NCBI GenBank assembly: GCA_043789195.1 | Contig: JAYWIC010000027.1 | Location: 2,359 to 66,358 of the forward strand | Reading direction: 5' to 3' | Source: Arenimonas sp. | GTDB taxonomy: Bacteria > Pseudomonadota > Gammaproteobacteria > Xanthomonadales > Xanthomonadaceae | Length of the DNA: 64,000 nucleotides | Shown: positions 8,888 to 17,414 of the stretch, in pieces | Layout of the letters: each line of letters begins with the position of its first letter | Position numbering within the stretch: the first letter of the stretch is position 1 | Made by a program: the position numbers and the translations under genes | Notes under the pieces: generated by a model | Told to the model about the DNA's origin: nothing | Databases searched by the model: none | What the model saw: only the letters and a program-made list of their open reading frames with translations

Positions 8888-9910
8888 ATGAAACTCAAGC
8901 TCGCCATCATCGGCCTCATCATGCTCGGCAATACCGCCTGCGTGACCAGCACGAACAGTTATACCCGCGATATCGTTTATCGCGATGGCAGTTATTACTC
9001 GCCCGCCGATGATCAAAATGGCGATTATTATTACGAGCCTGAGCCCCAGTACGACGAGTACGAATATAACTACGGATTCGGATCAAGTTTTTATGGCAAC
9101 CCGTGGTATAGCCATCACGATGCCTATCGCTGCCGCTTTATCTATCGCTACGATCGTTATTGCGACAATGGCTGGGGCAGTATTTCCTTGAACTTTGGCG
9201 GGATCTCGCTGATCTTCGGAAATTCCCGTTATTACGATGTTGGTTATGGATATGGCTATCCCTACTACGGTTATTACAACCCGCACTACGGCTATTATTC
9301 CCCAAGACCGCGGCCAAACAATGACCCCATTCCGGTGCGCAAGCCATTCAGGCCGGCCATTCAAATTCCCGATAACAGCGTAAGCAACCGGCCGAGCATT
9401 CGAGTCCGCGGTGAGCCGACACGCGTGCCTACCAAACCGGGCGTGCTCGAACCGGACACAATCGAACCAGTGGTCGAATCCAGCGCGGGACAGGATCTCA
9501 ATCCCTACACTCGCATCCGCGAACCAAGACAGAACCGCCGGCCGGAAATATGGCGAGATCGTGATCCCGCGCAGGTTGATCAGGATGACGGCATTCAAAT
9601 CGGCAACAACGAAGCACCGCGCAGTTGGGCAAAGCCAATGCCGGTGATGGATACCGATTCTGATAATCAAACTTATGAAAACCCCGCACCCCGTCAACGG
9701 CAGCCGCTGCCTTATCCGGTCTACGGCGAACCCACCGTAGCGGCCGAACCAGCAGCCGTTCCGGCAGTTCAAGCGCGTACACGTCCCGAGCGGGCAGAAA
9801 GAACCGAACGGACCGAACGACCGGCACGAGCTGAAAGAGTCGAAAGAGTGGAGCGTTCTGCACCGGCAGTTCGCGAGGAAAGCGGAGATAGAGGCAAAGA
9901 GGAGCAATAG
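8888..9910 (+). CDS. Hypothetical low-complexity protein, probable lipoprotein (Tyr/Gly-rich N-half, Pro/Arg/Glu-rich C-half)
   Basis: AGGAG RBS then MKLKLAIIGLIMLGNTAC (signal peptide ending in Cys). Contains YGYGYPYYGYYNPHYGYY and ERAERTERTERPARAERVERVER repeats. Confidence 0.7.
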   Translation: MKLKLAIIGLIMLGNTACVTSTNSYTRDIVYRDGSYYSPADDQNGDYYYEPEPQYDEYEYNYGFGSSFYGNPWYSHHDAYRCRFIYRYDRYCDNGWGSISLNFGGISLIFGNSRYYDVGYGYGYPYYGYYNPHYGYYSPRPRPNNDPIPVRKPFRPAIQIPDNSVSNRPSIRVRGEPTRVPTKPGVLEPDTIEPVVESSAGQDLNPYTRIREPRQNRRPEIWRDRDPAQVDQDDGIQIGNNEAPRSWAKPMPVMDTDSDNQTYENPAPRQRQPLPYPVYGEPTVAAEPAAVPAVQARTRPERAERTERTERPARAERVERVERSAPAVREESGDRGKEEQ

Positions 9911-10088
9911 TTTGTTAAGGCTGCGTGATCACGCTCGCTAAGCACTTATATTATTGACGTAGAGTGTCGCTTTTTGACCTATTCAAGTCGTAGTTTGCTA
10001 GATGCCGGGCGCCGATTCCCCCGGGTCACCTCTGTTCTGAAGAATCATATCGGGGCCTGCATTTTGGGTCCCGCTATAAAATCGGCAT

Positions 10089-10123
10089 AAAAAAAGCCGG
10101 GAGCTCCCCCCGGAGCTCCCAGC
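10089..10123 (-). terminator. Intrinsic terminator on the minus strand with no protein gene upstream of it
   Basis: Minus strand GCTGGGAGCTCC-GGGG-GGAGCTCCCGGC-TTTTTTT: 12-bp stem with one G-U pair, followed by 7 U. Confidence 0.85.
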
Positions 10124-10182
10124 CAGCATTCCTTCATAAACAAATTCGTCCCTGTTCGGCCGAACAAGTTATGGAGGGTGCC
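10089..10182 (-). ncRNA. Candidate sigma54-dependent small RNA (about 95 nt)
   Basis: Lies between a GG-N10-GC promoter (predicted +1 near 10182) and the terminator at 10089-10123. Internal palindrome TGTTCGGCCGAACA at 10153-10166. No plausible ORF inside. Confidence 0.55.
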
Positions 10183-10192
10183 ATTTGTAAAA

Positions 10193-10209
10193 AGCAGGAA
10201 ACATGCCAA
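10193..10209 (-). promoter_or_regulatory. Putative sigma54 (-24/-12) promoter
   Basis: Minus strand TTGGCATG-TTTC-CTGCT against the consensus YTGGCACG-N4-TTGCW, with exact GG-N10-GC spacing. Confidence 0.6.
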
Positions 10210-10333
10210 CAGATCCCGCAATCTTGTTACAAATTGTGTCGTGTTTTTCGCGATTCGCCCGGACTCTCATTTCGACCTGAAATTGCCATCAACACCAAGC
10301 CTGGCGCCAACGCTGGCCACTATCCTTTAAACT

Positions 10334-12226
10334 ATGCAGATGATGAAAAACGATTTCTTCCACTACGATGTCATTGTGATTGGCGGCGGCCACGCCGGCA
10401 CAGAAGCCGCGTTGGCATCGGCGCGCGCCGGTGCACGCACCTTATTGCTAACCCACAGCATCGAAACCGTTGGACAGATGAGCTGCAATCCGGCCATCGG
10501 TGGTATTGGCAAAGGCCATTTGGTCAAGGAAATCGATGCCCTCGGCGGCGCCATGGCGCGTGCTACCGATCGCGCCGGTATTCAGTGGCGCACACTCAAT
10601 GCCAGCAAGGGCCCGGCCGTTCGTGCCACGCGCGCACAGGCCGATCGGCAACTGTACAAATCCGCCATCCGCCATATCGTTGAAACTCAGGAAAACCTGA
10701 CGCTGTTCCAAGCCCCGGTGGATGACATCGTGTTTGAAAATGGCCGTGTCGCTGCCGTGGTCACGCAAAGCGGTTTGCGTTTCAGCACCAAGGCCGCCGT
10801 ATTGACGGCCGGCACATTTCTCGCCGGCAAGATTCATATCGGCCTAACCAACTACGCTGGTGGCCGTGCCGGTGATCCTCCTTCGATGACACTGGCAGAA
10901 AAATTGCGCGATGGACCGTTCGTTGTGGATCGCCTGAAAACCGGCACGCCGCCGCGGATCGATGTGCGTTCCATCAATTTCGAAGGTTTGGAAGAACAAC
11001 CCGGCGATACGCCGATTCCTACCATGAGTTTCATCGGCGAAAAAAGCGAACATCCGCGCCAGATTTCCTGCTGGATAACGCACACCTCCGAACAAACGCA
11101 CGACATTATTCGTGGCGGCCTCGATCGCTCGCCGATGTATGCCGGCGTGATTGAAGGAATCGGCCCGCGTTACTGCCCGAGTATTGAGGACAAAGTGGTG
11201 CGCTTCGCCGACAAGGCTTCGCACCAGATTTTTATCGAACCGGAAGGTCTCGAAACATTCGAAATTTATCCGAACGGCATTTCCACATCGCTGCCTTTCG
11301 ATGTGCAATTTGATTTGGTGCGTTCGATCAAGGGTTTCGAGAACGCGCATATCACGCGTCCGGGTTACGCAATCGAATACGATTATTTCGATCCCCGCGG
11401 TTTGAAAGCATCACTCGAAACCAAGGGTATCCACGGGCTGTTCTTTGCCGGCCAAATCAACGGCACCACCGGCTACGAAGAAGCCGGTGCACAAGGCCTG
11501 ATAGCGGGTTTGAACGCGGCCCGCCAGACGCAGGATAAGCCGGCGTGGACGCCTCGCCGCGATGAAGCGTATATCGGCGTGTTGATTGATGACCTGATCA
11601 CGCATGGCACCACCGAGCCGTATCGCATGTTTACCTCGCGCGCCGAATATCGCCTGCAATTGCGCGAAGACAATGCCGATACCCGCCTGACCGAAATCGG
11701 CCATCAAATGGGTATAGTCGATGAGCAACGCTGGGCGGCTTTTTCACGCAAGGCCGCGGCGGTAAAAACCGAAACCGAACGACTCAATAAACTTTGGGCA
11801 ACGCCGGGTAATGCCCTGGGCGCAGCCGTGCAAGCACAATTGAATGTGCCGATTACTCGTGAATGCAATGTGCTCGATTTAATCAAGCGTCCAGAGATAA
11901 CCTACGCAAGTTTAATGTCGGTCGCGGATCTTGGCCCGGGCGTCAGTGATGAAAAAGTCGCCGAACAAATTGAAATCGGCGTCAAATATTCCGGTTACCT
12001 CGCTCGCCAGCAAGAAGATATCGAACGCAACCGCCGTCATGAGGACAGCGAAATTCCGGATGATTTCGATTATCAAACCATCTCCGGTCTGGGCAATGAA
12101 CTCGAGGCCAAGTTGATGAAAGTGCGCCCGCAAACCATTGGCCAGGCGCAGCGCATTCCGGGCATGACTCCCGCGGCCATTTCCCTGCTTTTGGTCACTT
12201 TGAGCAAACGCCGCCGGGTCGCCTAG
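10334..12226 (+). CDS. mnmG: tRNA uridine-5-carboxymethylaminomethyl modification enzyme MnmG (GidA)
   Basis: [52 protein letters not shown] and [12 protein letters not shown]. Confidence 0.98.
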   Translation: MQMMKNDFFHYDVIVIGGGHAGTEAALASARAGARTLLLTHSIETVGQMSCNPAIGGIGKGHLVKEIDALGGAMARATDRAGIQWRTLNASKGPAVRATRAQADRQLYKSAIRHIVETQENLTLFQAPVDDIVFENGRVAAVVTQSGLRFSTKAAVLTAGTFLAGKIHIGLTNYAGGRAGDPPSMTLAEKLRDGPFVVDRLKTGTPPRIDVRSINFEGLEEQPGDTPIPTMSFIGEKSEHPRQISCWITHTSEQTHDIIRGGLDRSPMYAGVIEGIGPRYCPSIEDKVVRFADKASHQIFIEPEGLETFEIYPNGISTSLPFDVQFDLVRSIKGFENAHITRPGYAIEYDYFDPRGLKASLETKGIHGLFFAGQINGTTGYEEAGAQGLIAGLNAARQTQDKPAWTPRRDEAYIGVLIDDLITHGTTEPYRMFTSRAEYRLQLREDNADTRLTEIGHQMGIVDEQRWAAFSRKAAAVKTETERLNKLWATPGNALGAAVQAQLNVPITRECNVLDLIKRPEITYASLMSVADLGPGVSDEKVAEQIEIGVKYSGYLARQQEDIERNRRHEDSEIPDDFDYQTISGLGNELEAKLMKVRPQTIGQAQRIPGMTPAAISLLLVTLSKRRRVA

Positions 12227-12458
12227 GCTCGTTTTAATGCATTAGTTGCCCGAAAAGGCACTAATCGTTGAAATAAATCGCAAAAAAGCCACCTACGCAG
12301 TGGTATGGCGATGAAAGTTCAATTAAAGTTAAGACTCTAACCGAGGTACACCTCGGAGGTGGGCCAAAGCGGTCTGCGGGGGAGGGGTCACTTTAAGGAG
12401 TGAAGACCAGCCGCAACGTGACGCTCTTATAATTTTTGTTCACGCTCAGGAGTTAATC

Positions 12459-14327
12459 ATGCCTCGTATTTCCCATCTCGCTCTCGCATGTGGTTTGGCG
12501 CTTAGCGCACAGGCCGCGCAAGCCCAGCAGTTCTCCAACGTTATCGTGATTGGCGACAGCCTCAGTGACGGCGGAAACTACACGACGACACTCGGACCTG
12601 GTTTCGGCAGCTTCACCACCAACCCCGATCCGGTCTTCGTGGAATTGGTCGCACAGAACTACGGCTTCAACCTGACCCCTTCCGGTATCACTAATACTGG
12701 CGGCTGGAACTTTGCTTGGGGCGGCGCGCCAACGGGTGCCACATTTGGTTGTGTACCAGCCGCGTTAACACCCGCTGGCTGTCAAAACGGCACCACCCAA
12801 CTAGCGAACTATTTCGCACGTACTGGCGGCGTGGCAGATCCTAATGCCCTGTATTCCGTTTTTCTGGGTGCTAATAATATTTTCAACGTGCTGGGCGGCG
12901 CTCTACCCGTTCTTCCGCAACCCGCTCCCGTGACAATCGCAAATACCGTTGGTCAAAACATCGGCATTATCAGCGCACTGCAGGCTGCAGGTGCCAACTA
13001 CATCGTGGTCTACAATGTCCCGAATATCGGTGCAACCCCATTCGGCACGAGCCTCGGCGGAGCCGCTGCCGCTCAGGTTACCGGCTTGGTTATTCTTTAC
13101 AACGAAGCGTTCAATAATGCGCTTGGCGGTCTCGGCGACGGCATTATTCCAATCAACACTTTTGGATTAATCAACGAGGTCATAGCAAACCCTGGTTATT
13201 TCGGTTTTAGTAATGTCAGCGGCACCGCTTGCGGTACCTTGTCGGGTTCCGTGAACTGTTTTCCTGCCGGCACGCCCGGTGCCCCGTTTACCTATGCCCC
13301 CGGCGCCAACCAGAGCTTTTTGTTCGCCGATGGCGTTCACCCAACTGGTGCGGGCCATGCACTCCTGGCTCAAGTGGTCGTCGCCACGATTGCTGCTCCC
13401 GGCCAGGTTTCTTTAGCCGGCGAACTACCACTGCAAGTGTATGACGACCATAGCGGTGCCATCCGCCAGGCTATTTTCGATAATAAAGTCGGCGGCATGG
13501 AAGTCGGTGAGTCGCGTGGTTTCTTCAACGCCCAGTTCGGCAGCCAAGACTATGATGCCGGCATCAATGCTCCGGCATTAAGCACCAATAGCAATACTTT
13601 CACCGGTGGCTTTGAATATCGTCACAGTGAGCGTCTCAGCTTCGGCGCCGCTATCAGTTTGGGCGGCTCAAACGGTGATTTCGCTGGCGGCGATATCGAT
13701 GGTCAGGAAGTTTTAGGCTCCCTGTTCGCTACCGCTAATTTCGGCAATGGCTACTTCGGTGGTGCTCTGTCCCTCGGCAGCAGCAGTATCGATATCAACC
13801 GCGCAATCGTGCTTGGTCCTTCCGTACGAATCGAAGAAGGCAATGCCAGCGCTTCGCACAAGGCTTTTGAACTCAGCGGCGGCTATCTGTTCGGCGACAC
13901 CGTTCGTCATGGGCCTTTCGCGAGTGCCACCTGGCAACGTGTCGGCATTGAAGCGTTCTCCGAGAATGGCGGCAGCGCCACTTCGATGCGCTTCGAAGAG
14001 TTTGATCGTGACTCACTGATCGGCCGCATCGGCTATCAGTTACAAGGCAAGTTTGGTGATGATCATGCCATTCGCCCAAGCCTGCGAGTCGCCTATGCCT
14101 CGGAAAGCGAAGATCAAGCGACCCGCGTAACCGCTGGTTCCAATTCCATGAATGGCCAATTCACGATGGACGGTTACCTGCCTTCAGATAATTGGATCGA
14201 AGCCGATCTTGGCCTGATGGTTGAATTCACCGACAAAGTAAATGGTTACCTTGGTTATCACGGCCGTTTGAGTGATGACAACCAGGACAACAACAGCTAC
14301 AACCTGGGTGTCAACGTCCAGTTCTAA
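12459..14327 (+). CDS. GDSL lipase/esterase autotransporter (EstA-like)
   Basis: Signal peptide ending AQA, GDSLSD, GANN, DGVHPT, and a C-terminal beta-barrel ending YNLGVNVQF. Confidence 0.92.
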   Translation: MPRISHLALACGLALSAQAAQAQQFSNVIVIGDSLSDGGNYTTTLGPGFGSFTTNPDPVFVELVAQNYGFNLTPSGITNTGGWNFAWGGAPTGATFGCVPAALTPAGCQNGTTQLANYFARTGGVADPNALYSVFLGANNIFNVLGGALPVLPQPAPVTIANTVGQNIGIISALQAAGANYIVVYNVPNIGATPFGTSLGGAAAAQVTGLVILYNEAFNNALGGLGDGIIPINTFGLINEVIANPGYFGFSNVSGTACGTLSGSVNCFPAGTPGAPFTYAPGANQSFLFADGVHPTGAGHALLAQVVVATIAAPGQVSLAGELPLQVYDDHSGAIRQAIFDNKVGGMEVGESRGFFNAQFGSQDYDAGINAPALSTNSNTFTGGFEYRHSERLSFGAAISLGGSNGDFAGGDIDGQEVLGSLFATANFGNGYFGGALSLGSSSIDINRAIVLGPSVRIEEGNASASHKAFELSGGYLFGDTVRHGPFASATWQRVGIEAFSENGGSATSMRFEEFDRDSLIGRIGYQLQGKFGDDHAIRPSLRVAYASESEDQATRVTAGSNSMNGQFTMDGYLPSDNWIEADLGLMVEFTDKVNGYLGYHGRLSDDNQDNNSYNLGVNVQF

Positions 14328-14345
14328 GCTTCCATTGTCAGCAAG

Positions 14346-14373
14346 AAAAAGCCGTCTTCGGGCGGCTTTTTTT
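14346..14373 (+). terminator. Intrinsic (possibly bidirectional) terminator after the esterase autotransporter
   Basis: AAAAA-GCCGTC-TTCG-GGCGGC-TTTTTTT. Confidence 0.85.
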
Positions 14374-14446
14374 GGCCCTTTGAAAGATGCAATAACACCG
14401 CTTCCGCCCATCCTGGTTCTAGCCCGCGATGATGAAGTATAAAACC

Positions 14447-14533
14447 CGTCATCCCCGAATGCTCTTGTCGGGGATCCAGTGACTTCATGCTTTAAAGCAA
14501 CGGCGCTGGGCTCCCGCCTACGCGGAGAAGACG
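14447..14533. repeat. CGTC-ended palindromic (REP/MITE-like) element, copy 1
   Basis: CGTCATCCCCGAATGCTCTTGTCGGGGATCCAG...CTGGGCTCCCGCCTACGCGGAGAAGACG, with CGTC/GACG ends and internal hairpin ATCCCCGA-N9-TCGGGGAT. Confidence 0.8.
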
Positions 14534-14552
14534 GAGTTCTTTGAAATATTAA

Positions 14553-14661
14553 ATCCCCGAATGCTCTTGTCGAGGATCTAGTGACTTCCTGCATTAGAGC
14601 AACGACGCTGGGTGACCAGCTTCGCTGTTGAAAAGCACTTCCCGCCTACGCAGGCAAGACG
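14553..14661. repeat. CGTC-family palindromic element, copy 2 (tandem, with internal insertion)
   Basis: ATCCCCGAATGCTCTTGTCGAGGATCTAGTGACTTC... aligns to copy 1, plus an extra TGACCAGCTTCGCTGTTGAAAAGCAC segment before TTCCCGCCTACGCAGGCAAGACG. Confidence 0.8.
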
Positions 14662-14734
14662 ATGCTCACATAAGCAAATTCGCAAAATAATTGCATCCGT
14701 TAGCACTTGATTCGGTTTTTTGAAATATTCGCCA

Positions 14735-14770
14735 TAAAAAAGCCGGGCTTCATTCGAAGCCCGGCTTTTA
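14735..14770 (-). terminator. Intrinsic terminator of the trimeric autotransporter gene
   Basis: AAAAAA-GCCGGGCTTC-ATTC-GAAGCCCGGC-TTTTA: perfect 10-bp stem, 16 nt beyond the stop codon. Confidence 0.85.
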
Positions 14771-14786
14771 TTTTGTTGCTAATGCC

Positions 14787-17111
14787 TTACCAGCCGAACG
14801 AGGCACCCGCACCGGTGGCGGTTTTATCGCCATCAAAAGCGGCACCAAAACTAATCGTGACCCGGTCAGACACCGTTCGCTGGAAGCCAAGCGCGAAAGC
14901 GTTTTGGCCACCGTAATTACCGATACCTACCGCCAGACGATTGTCGCTGGTATTTCCCGATGCCGACGCCGTCATTTGCGCCATCGCTGCCGACATCGCA
15001 CCGACTTGATCCACACGCTTATTCAAGCCTTGTAGTTGATTTCCAAAGCCGTCCAATTGATCCTGAAAGCCATCCAGTGAAATCACGATCGTCGCCACTT
15101 GGGCATCGGTATAGTTATTGGCCGACACCAAAACGGCCGCGTCAGCCGAGTTCATCTGATTCAAGTTCACTGCATCGGTGCCCTGGGTAGCAGCAGCCAC
15201 ATTGGTAATCTGACGCTCGGCACCCACGGCACCGACAGACACGGTGTTGTCGCGAGCACCGGTCGTTGAGCCGGCTCCGATGGCAGCACTGTTGTTGGAC
15301 GAAGCCATTGCTCCGGCACCGACTGCCGTACTACTGGTGCCGGTTGCTTGCGCGCCGGTACCGATAGCAGTGGTGTTGGTGTTGCCAGCAAGACTGTTGG
15401 CACCGGTGGCTGTTGCGCCATCAAACGTCGCCTGCGCATACGCGCCGGTGGCCGTGCTGTTAACACCGCTGGCAACGCTGTAGGCACCCAATGCCGAGGT
15501 ATTGGTATTGGTTGCCTGAGCATAGGCACCGAGTGCACTGCTATAAGTGGCATTGGCAGTACTCCAATTACCTATCGCAGTACTGTTATTGCCGCTGGCC
15601 GTACTGTACGCACCTACGGCACTCGATCTGTCCGTGGCGTAACTTGCCGCGCCGATGGCGCTGGAGTAATTGTTCGCATAACTCCCAATACCGTTCGCAA
15701 CCGATGCATTGTTGGCATAGCTGTAGGCGCCTGTTGCCGTGGAGTAATTGGTGGCCGAGCTATAAAAACCGTTGGTGACCGAGATATTGTCCGCATAACT
15801 CAACGCTCCGGTCGCGCTGGAGAGCTGGTTGGCATAACTGCCGACTCCGTTTGCAGTGGAACCAAAGTTAGCCTGACTGTAGGTGCCGATTGCGTTTGAA
15901 TAGTTGCTTGCACTGCTGTTGCTGCCAATTGCATTCGAGTTGCTTGTTGCCGTGCTATAGGCGCCTATGGCATTAGAGTTATTTAACGCGTAGCTGTTGT
16001 ATCCACTTGCAGTGGAAAGGTTTCCGGCGCTGCTGCCGTTCCCTGTCGCATTCGAATAATTGGTTGCTGTGCTGTACGCACCAACCGCGTTCGACAGGTT
16101 GTTGGAGTAGCTGTCATAACCATTCGCAGTCGAGAGGTTATTGGCAAAGCTGCTGAAACCATTTGCAACCGATGCATTGGAGGCAAGGCTATTCGCACCA
16201 TTGGCTACGGACGAATTTATGGCATCACTGTTTGCGCCGATTGCGTTCGAAAAGCCATAAGCACTGCTATTGATGCCGATCGCATTGGAACCTGTATTTG
16301 CATAGCTGCCCGATCCATTTGCGACAGAACCAAAAACCGCATAACTGCCCGCACCTGTAGCGCTGGAATAGAACGCAGCACCACTGTTTGCGCCTACTGC
16401 CGTCGAGTTGACAACGGCTGAGCTATTATCGCCGAATGCGCTCGAATTAGTATCAGCAAAACTATTATTTCCAGTGGCCACCGAGTTGTTGTTGGCATAA
16501 CTGTTGTAACCGGTCGCATTTGAGCCGTTGTTGGCATAGCTGCCATTGCCGGTGGCATTCGAATAATTAATCGCCGTGCTGTAAGTGCCGCTGGCATTCG
16601 AATTGTTGTTGGCATAACTGCCGATACCGGTAGCGCTGGAGTAATTTGCTGCCGTGCTATTGACGCCAGTTGCCGTCGAGCTGTAGCTGGCAAAACTTCC
16701 AGCACCATTGGCCACCGAGCTATAGAGCGCAAAACTGTTATTACCGGTGGCATTGGAGCCGAATCCGGCAAAGCTGTTTTCGCCCATGGCTACCGAACCG
16801 GAATAAGCCAAACTGTTGCGACCCGTGGCCGTCGAGTTCCCCGAAGCATCGCTTTGATAACCAATCGCGGTCGAATCACCGGTGGCACTGCTGTAGGCGC
16901 CGATCGCTGTGCTGTCGTTGCCGCTGGCATTGGCATTGAGGCCACACGCCAGTGAATAAGTGCCGGTGGAAACTGCCCCGCCATTGCCGCCGCCGGTTAG
17001 CTCGCAGGTATCGCCCGCCAACGCCAGCTGCGCCGACAAACCCATCAGGATTGCCGCGGCCAATTGCTGACGAATGCCCGCGCGGCGGGCATTACATTTT
17101 GTACGTTTCAT
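14787..17111 (-). CDS. YadA-like trimeric autotransporter adhesin (774 aa)
   Basis: Signal peptide ending ALA, long SxAxGxxSxA head repeat array, neck/stalk motif TVSVG...ERQITNVAAA..GTDAVNLNQ, and anchor ending GAGASFGW. Confidence 0.93.
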   Translation of the reverse strand: MKRTKCNARRAGIRQQLAAAILMGLSAQLALAGDTCELTGGGNGGAVSTGTYSLACGLNANASGNDSTAIGAYSSATGDSTAIGYQSDASGNSTATGRNSLAYSGSVAMGENSFAGFGSNATGNNSFALYSSVANGAGSFASYSSTATGVNSTAANYSSATGIGSYANNNSNASGTYSTAINYSNATGNGSYANNGSNATGYNSYANNNSVATGNNSFADTNSSAFGDNSSAVVNSTAVGANSGAAFYSSATGAGSYAVFGSVANGSGSYANTGSNAIGINSSAYGFSNAIGANSDAINSSVANGANSLASNASVANGFSSFANNLSTANGYDSYSNNLSNAVGAYSTATNYSNATGNGSSAGNLSTASGYNSYALNNSNAIGAYSTATSNSNAIGSNSSASNYSNAIGTYSQANFGSTANGVGSYANQLSSATGALSYADNISVTNGFYSSATNYSTATGAYSYANNASVANGIGSYANNYSSAIGAASYATDRSSAVGAYSTASGNNSTAIGNWSTANATYSSALGAYAQATNTNTSALGAYSVASGVNSTATGAYAQATFDGATATGANSLAGNTNTTAIGTGAQATGTSSTAVGAGAMASSNNSAAIGAGSTTGARDNTVSVGAVGAERQITNVAAATQGTDAVNLNQMNSADAAVLVSANNYTDAQVATIVISLDGFQDQLDGFGNQLQGLNKRVDQVGAMSAAMAQMTASASGNTSDNRLAVGIGNYGGQNAFALGFQRTVSDRVTISFGAAFDGDKTATGAGASFGW

Positions 17112-17239
17112 ATTCCGCCCCTGTTTTTTTGTGTTTACGTACTTGATCTGGTCAAAGCACGAATTCCCGTGTCGCGAACAAGCGCTAAAACCCCGAGCGT
17201 CAGCTGCGACAGCAGCCCTGAATGCTACTGTATTTGTTG

Positions 17240-17280
17240 CGTCATTTGTATGACGAAAAGCTTGAAATCACTGGATTTCA
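17240..17280. promoter_or_regulatory. Two adjacent perfect inverted repeats in the adhesin/sulfotransferase divergent promoter region
   Basis: CGTCAT-TTGT-ATGACG (17240-17255) and TGAAATC-ACTG-GATTTCA (17263-17280). Confidence 0.5.
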
Positions 17281-17414
17281 CTTAAATACACGGCGCATCC
17301 GGATTGGGTCGCTTTTATTCCGGAAGCTGGCGCCGTTCTGGCTGCACCGTTGGTTTCCGAGCCTCGTGATTTGCTTTAAGGTGTCGTCCTGCTCACCTCA
17401 AGCGATTCGCCCAC

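Noticed and set aside
9083-9907. 274-aa antisense ORF, and similar shadow ORFs such as 5624-6196, 29026-29640 and 47297-48016
   Set aside because: They lie opposite well-supported genes, have no motifs, and are expected from codon bias on the coding strand.
9923-9934. Perfect 12-bp palindrome GCGTGATCACGC after the lipoprotein gene
   Set aside because: Single short occurrence, no U-tract and no second copy; compatible with chance.
14184-14594. 136-aa ORF with an apparent internal repeat (TRAFGD)
   Set aside because: It is a translation of the tandem palindromic DNA repeats and of the antisense strand of the esterase gene.
14447-14661. Possible CRISPR mini-array
   Set aside because: Only two long, degenerate, non-identical units with no repeat-spacer periodicity, and no cas genes in the window.
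15627-16913. About 35 N-x-S/T sequons (hand count) in the adhesin, suggesting HMW1C-type N-glycosylation
   Set aside because: Expected from the Asn/Ser-rich composition, and no glycosyltransferase gene lies in the window.
17112-17414. c-di-GMP riboswitch upstream of the adhesin
   Set aside because: I could not find the conserved GEMM-type P1/P2 pattern by eye on either strand.
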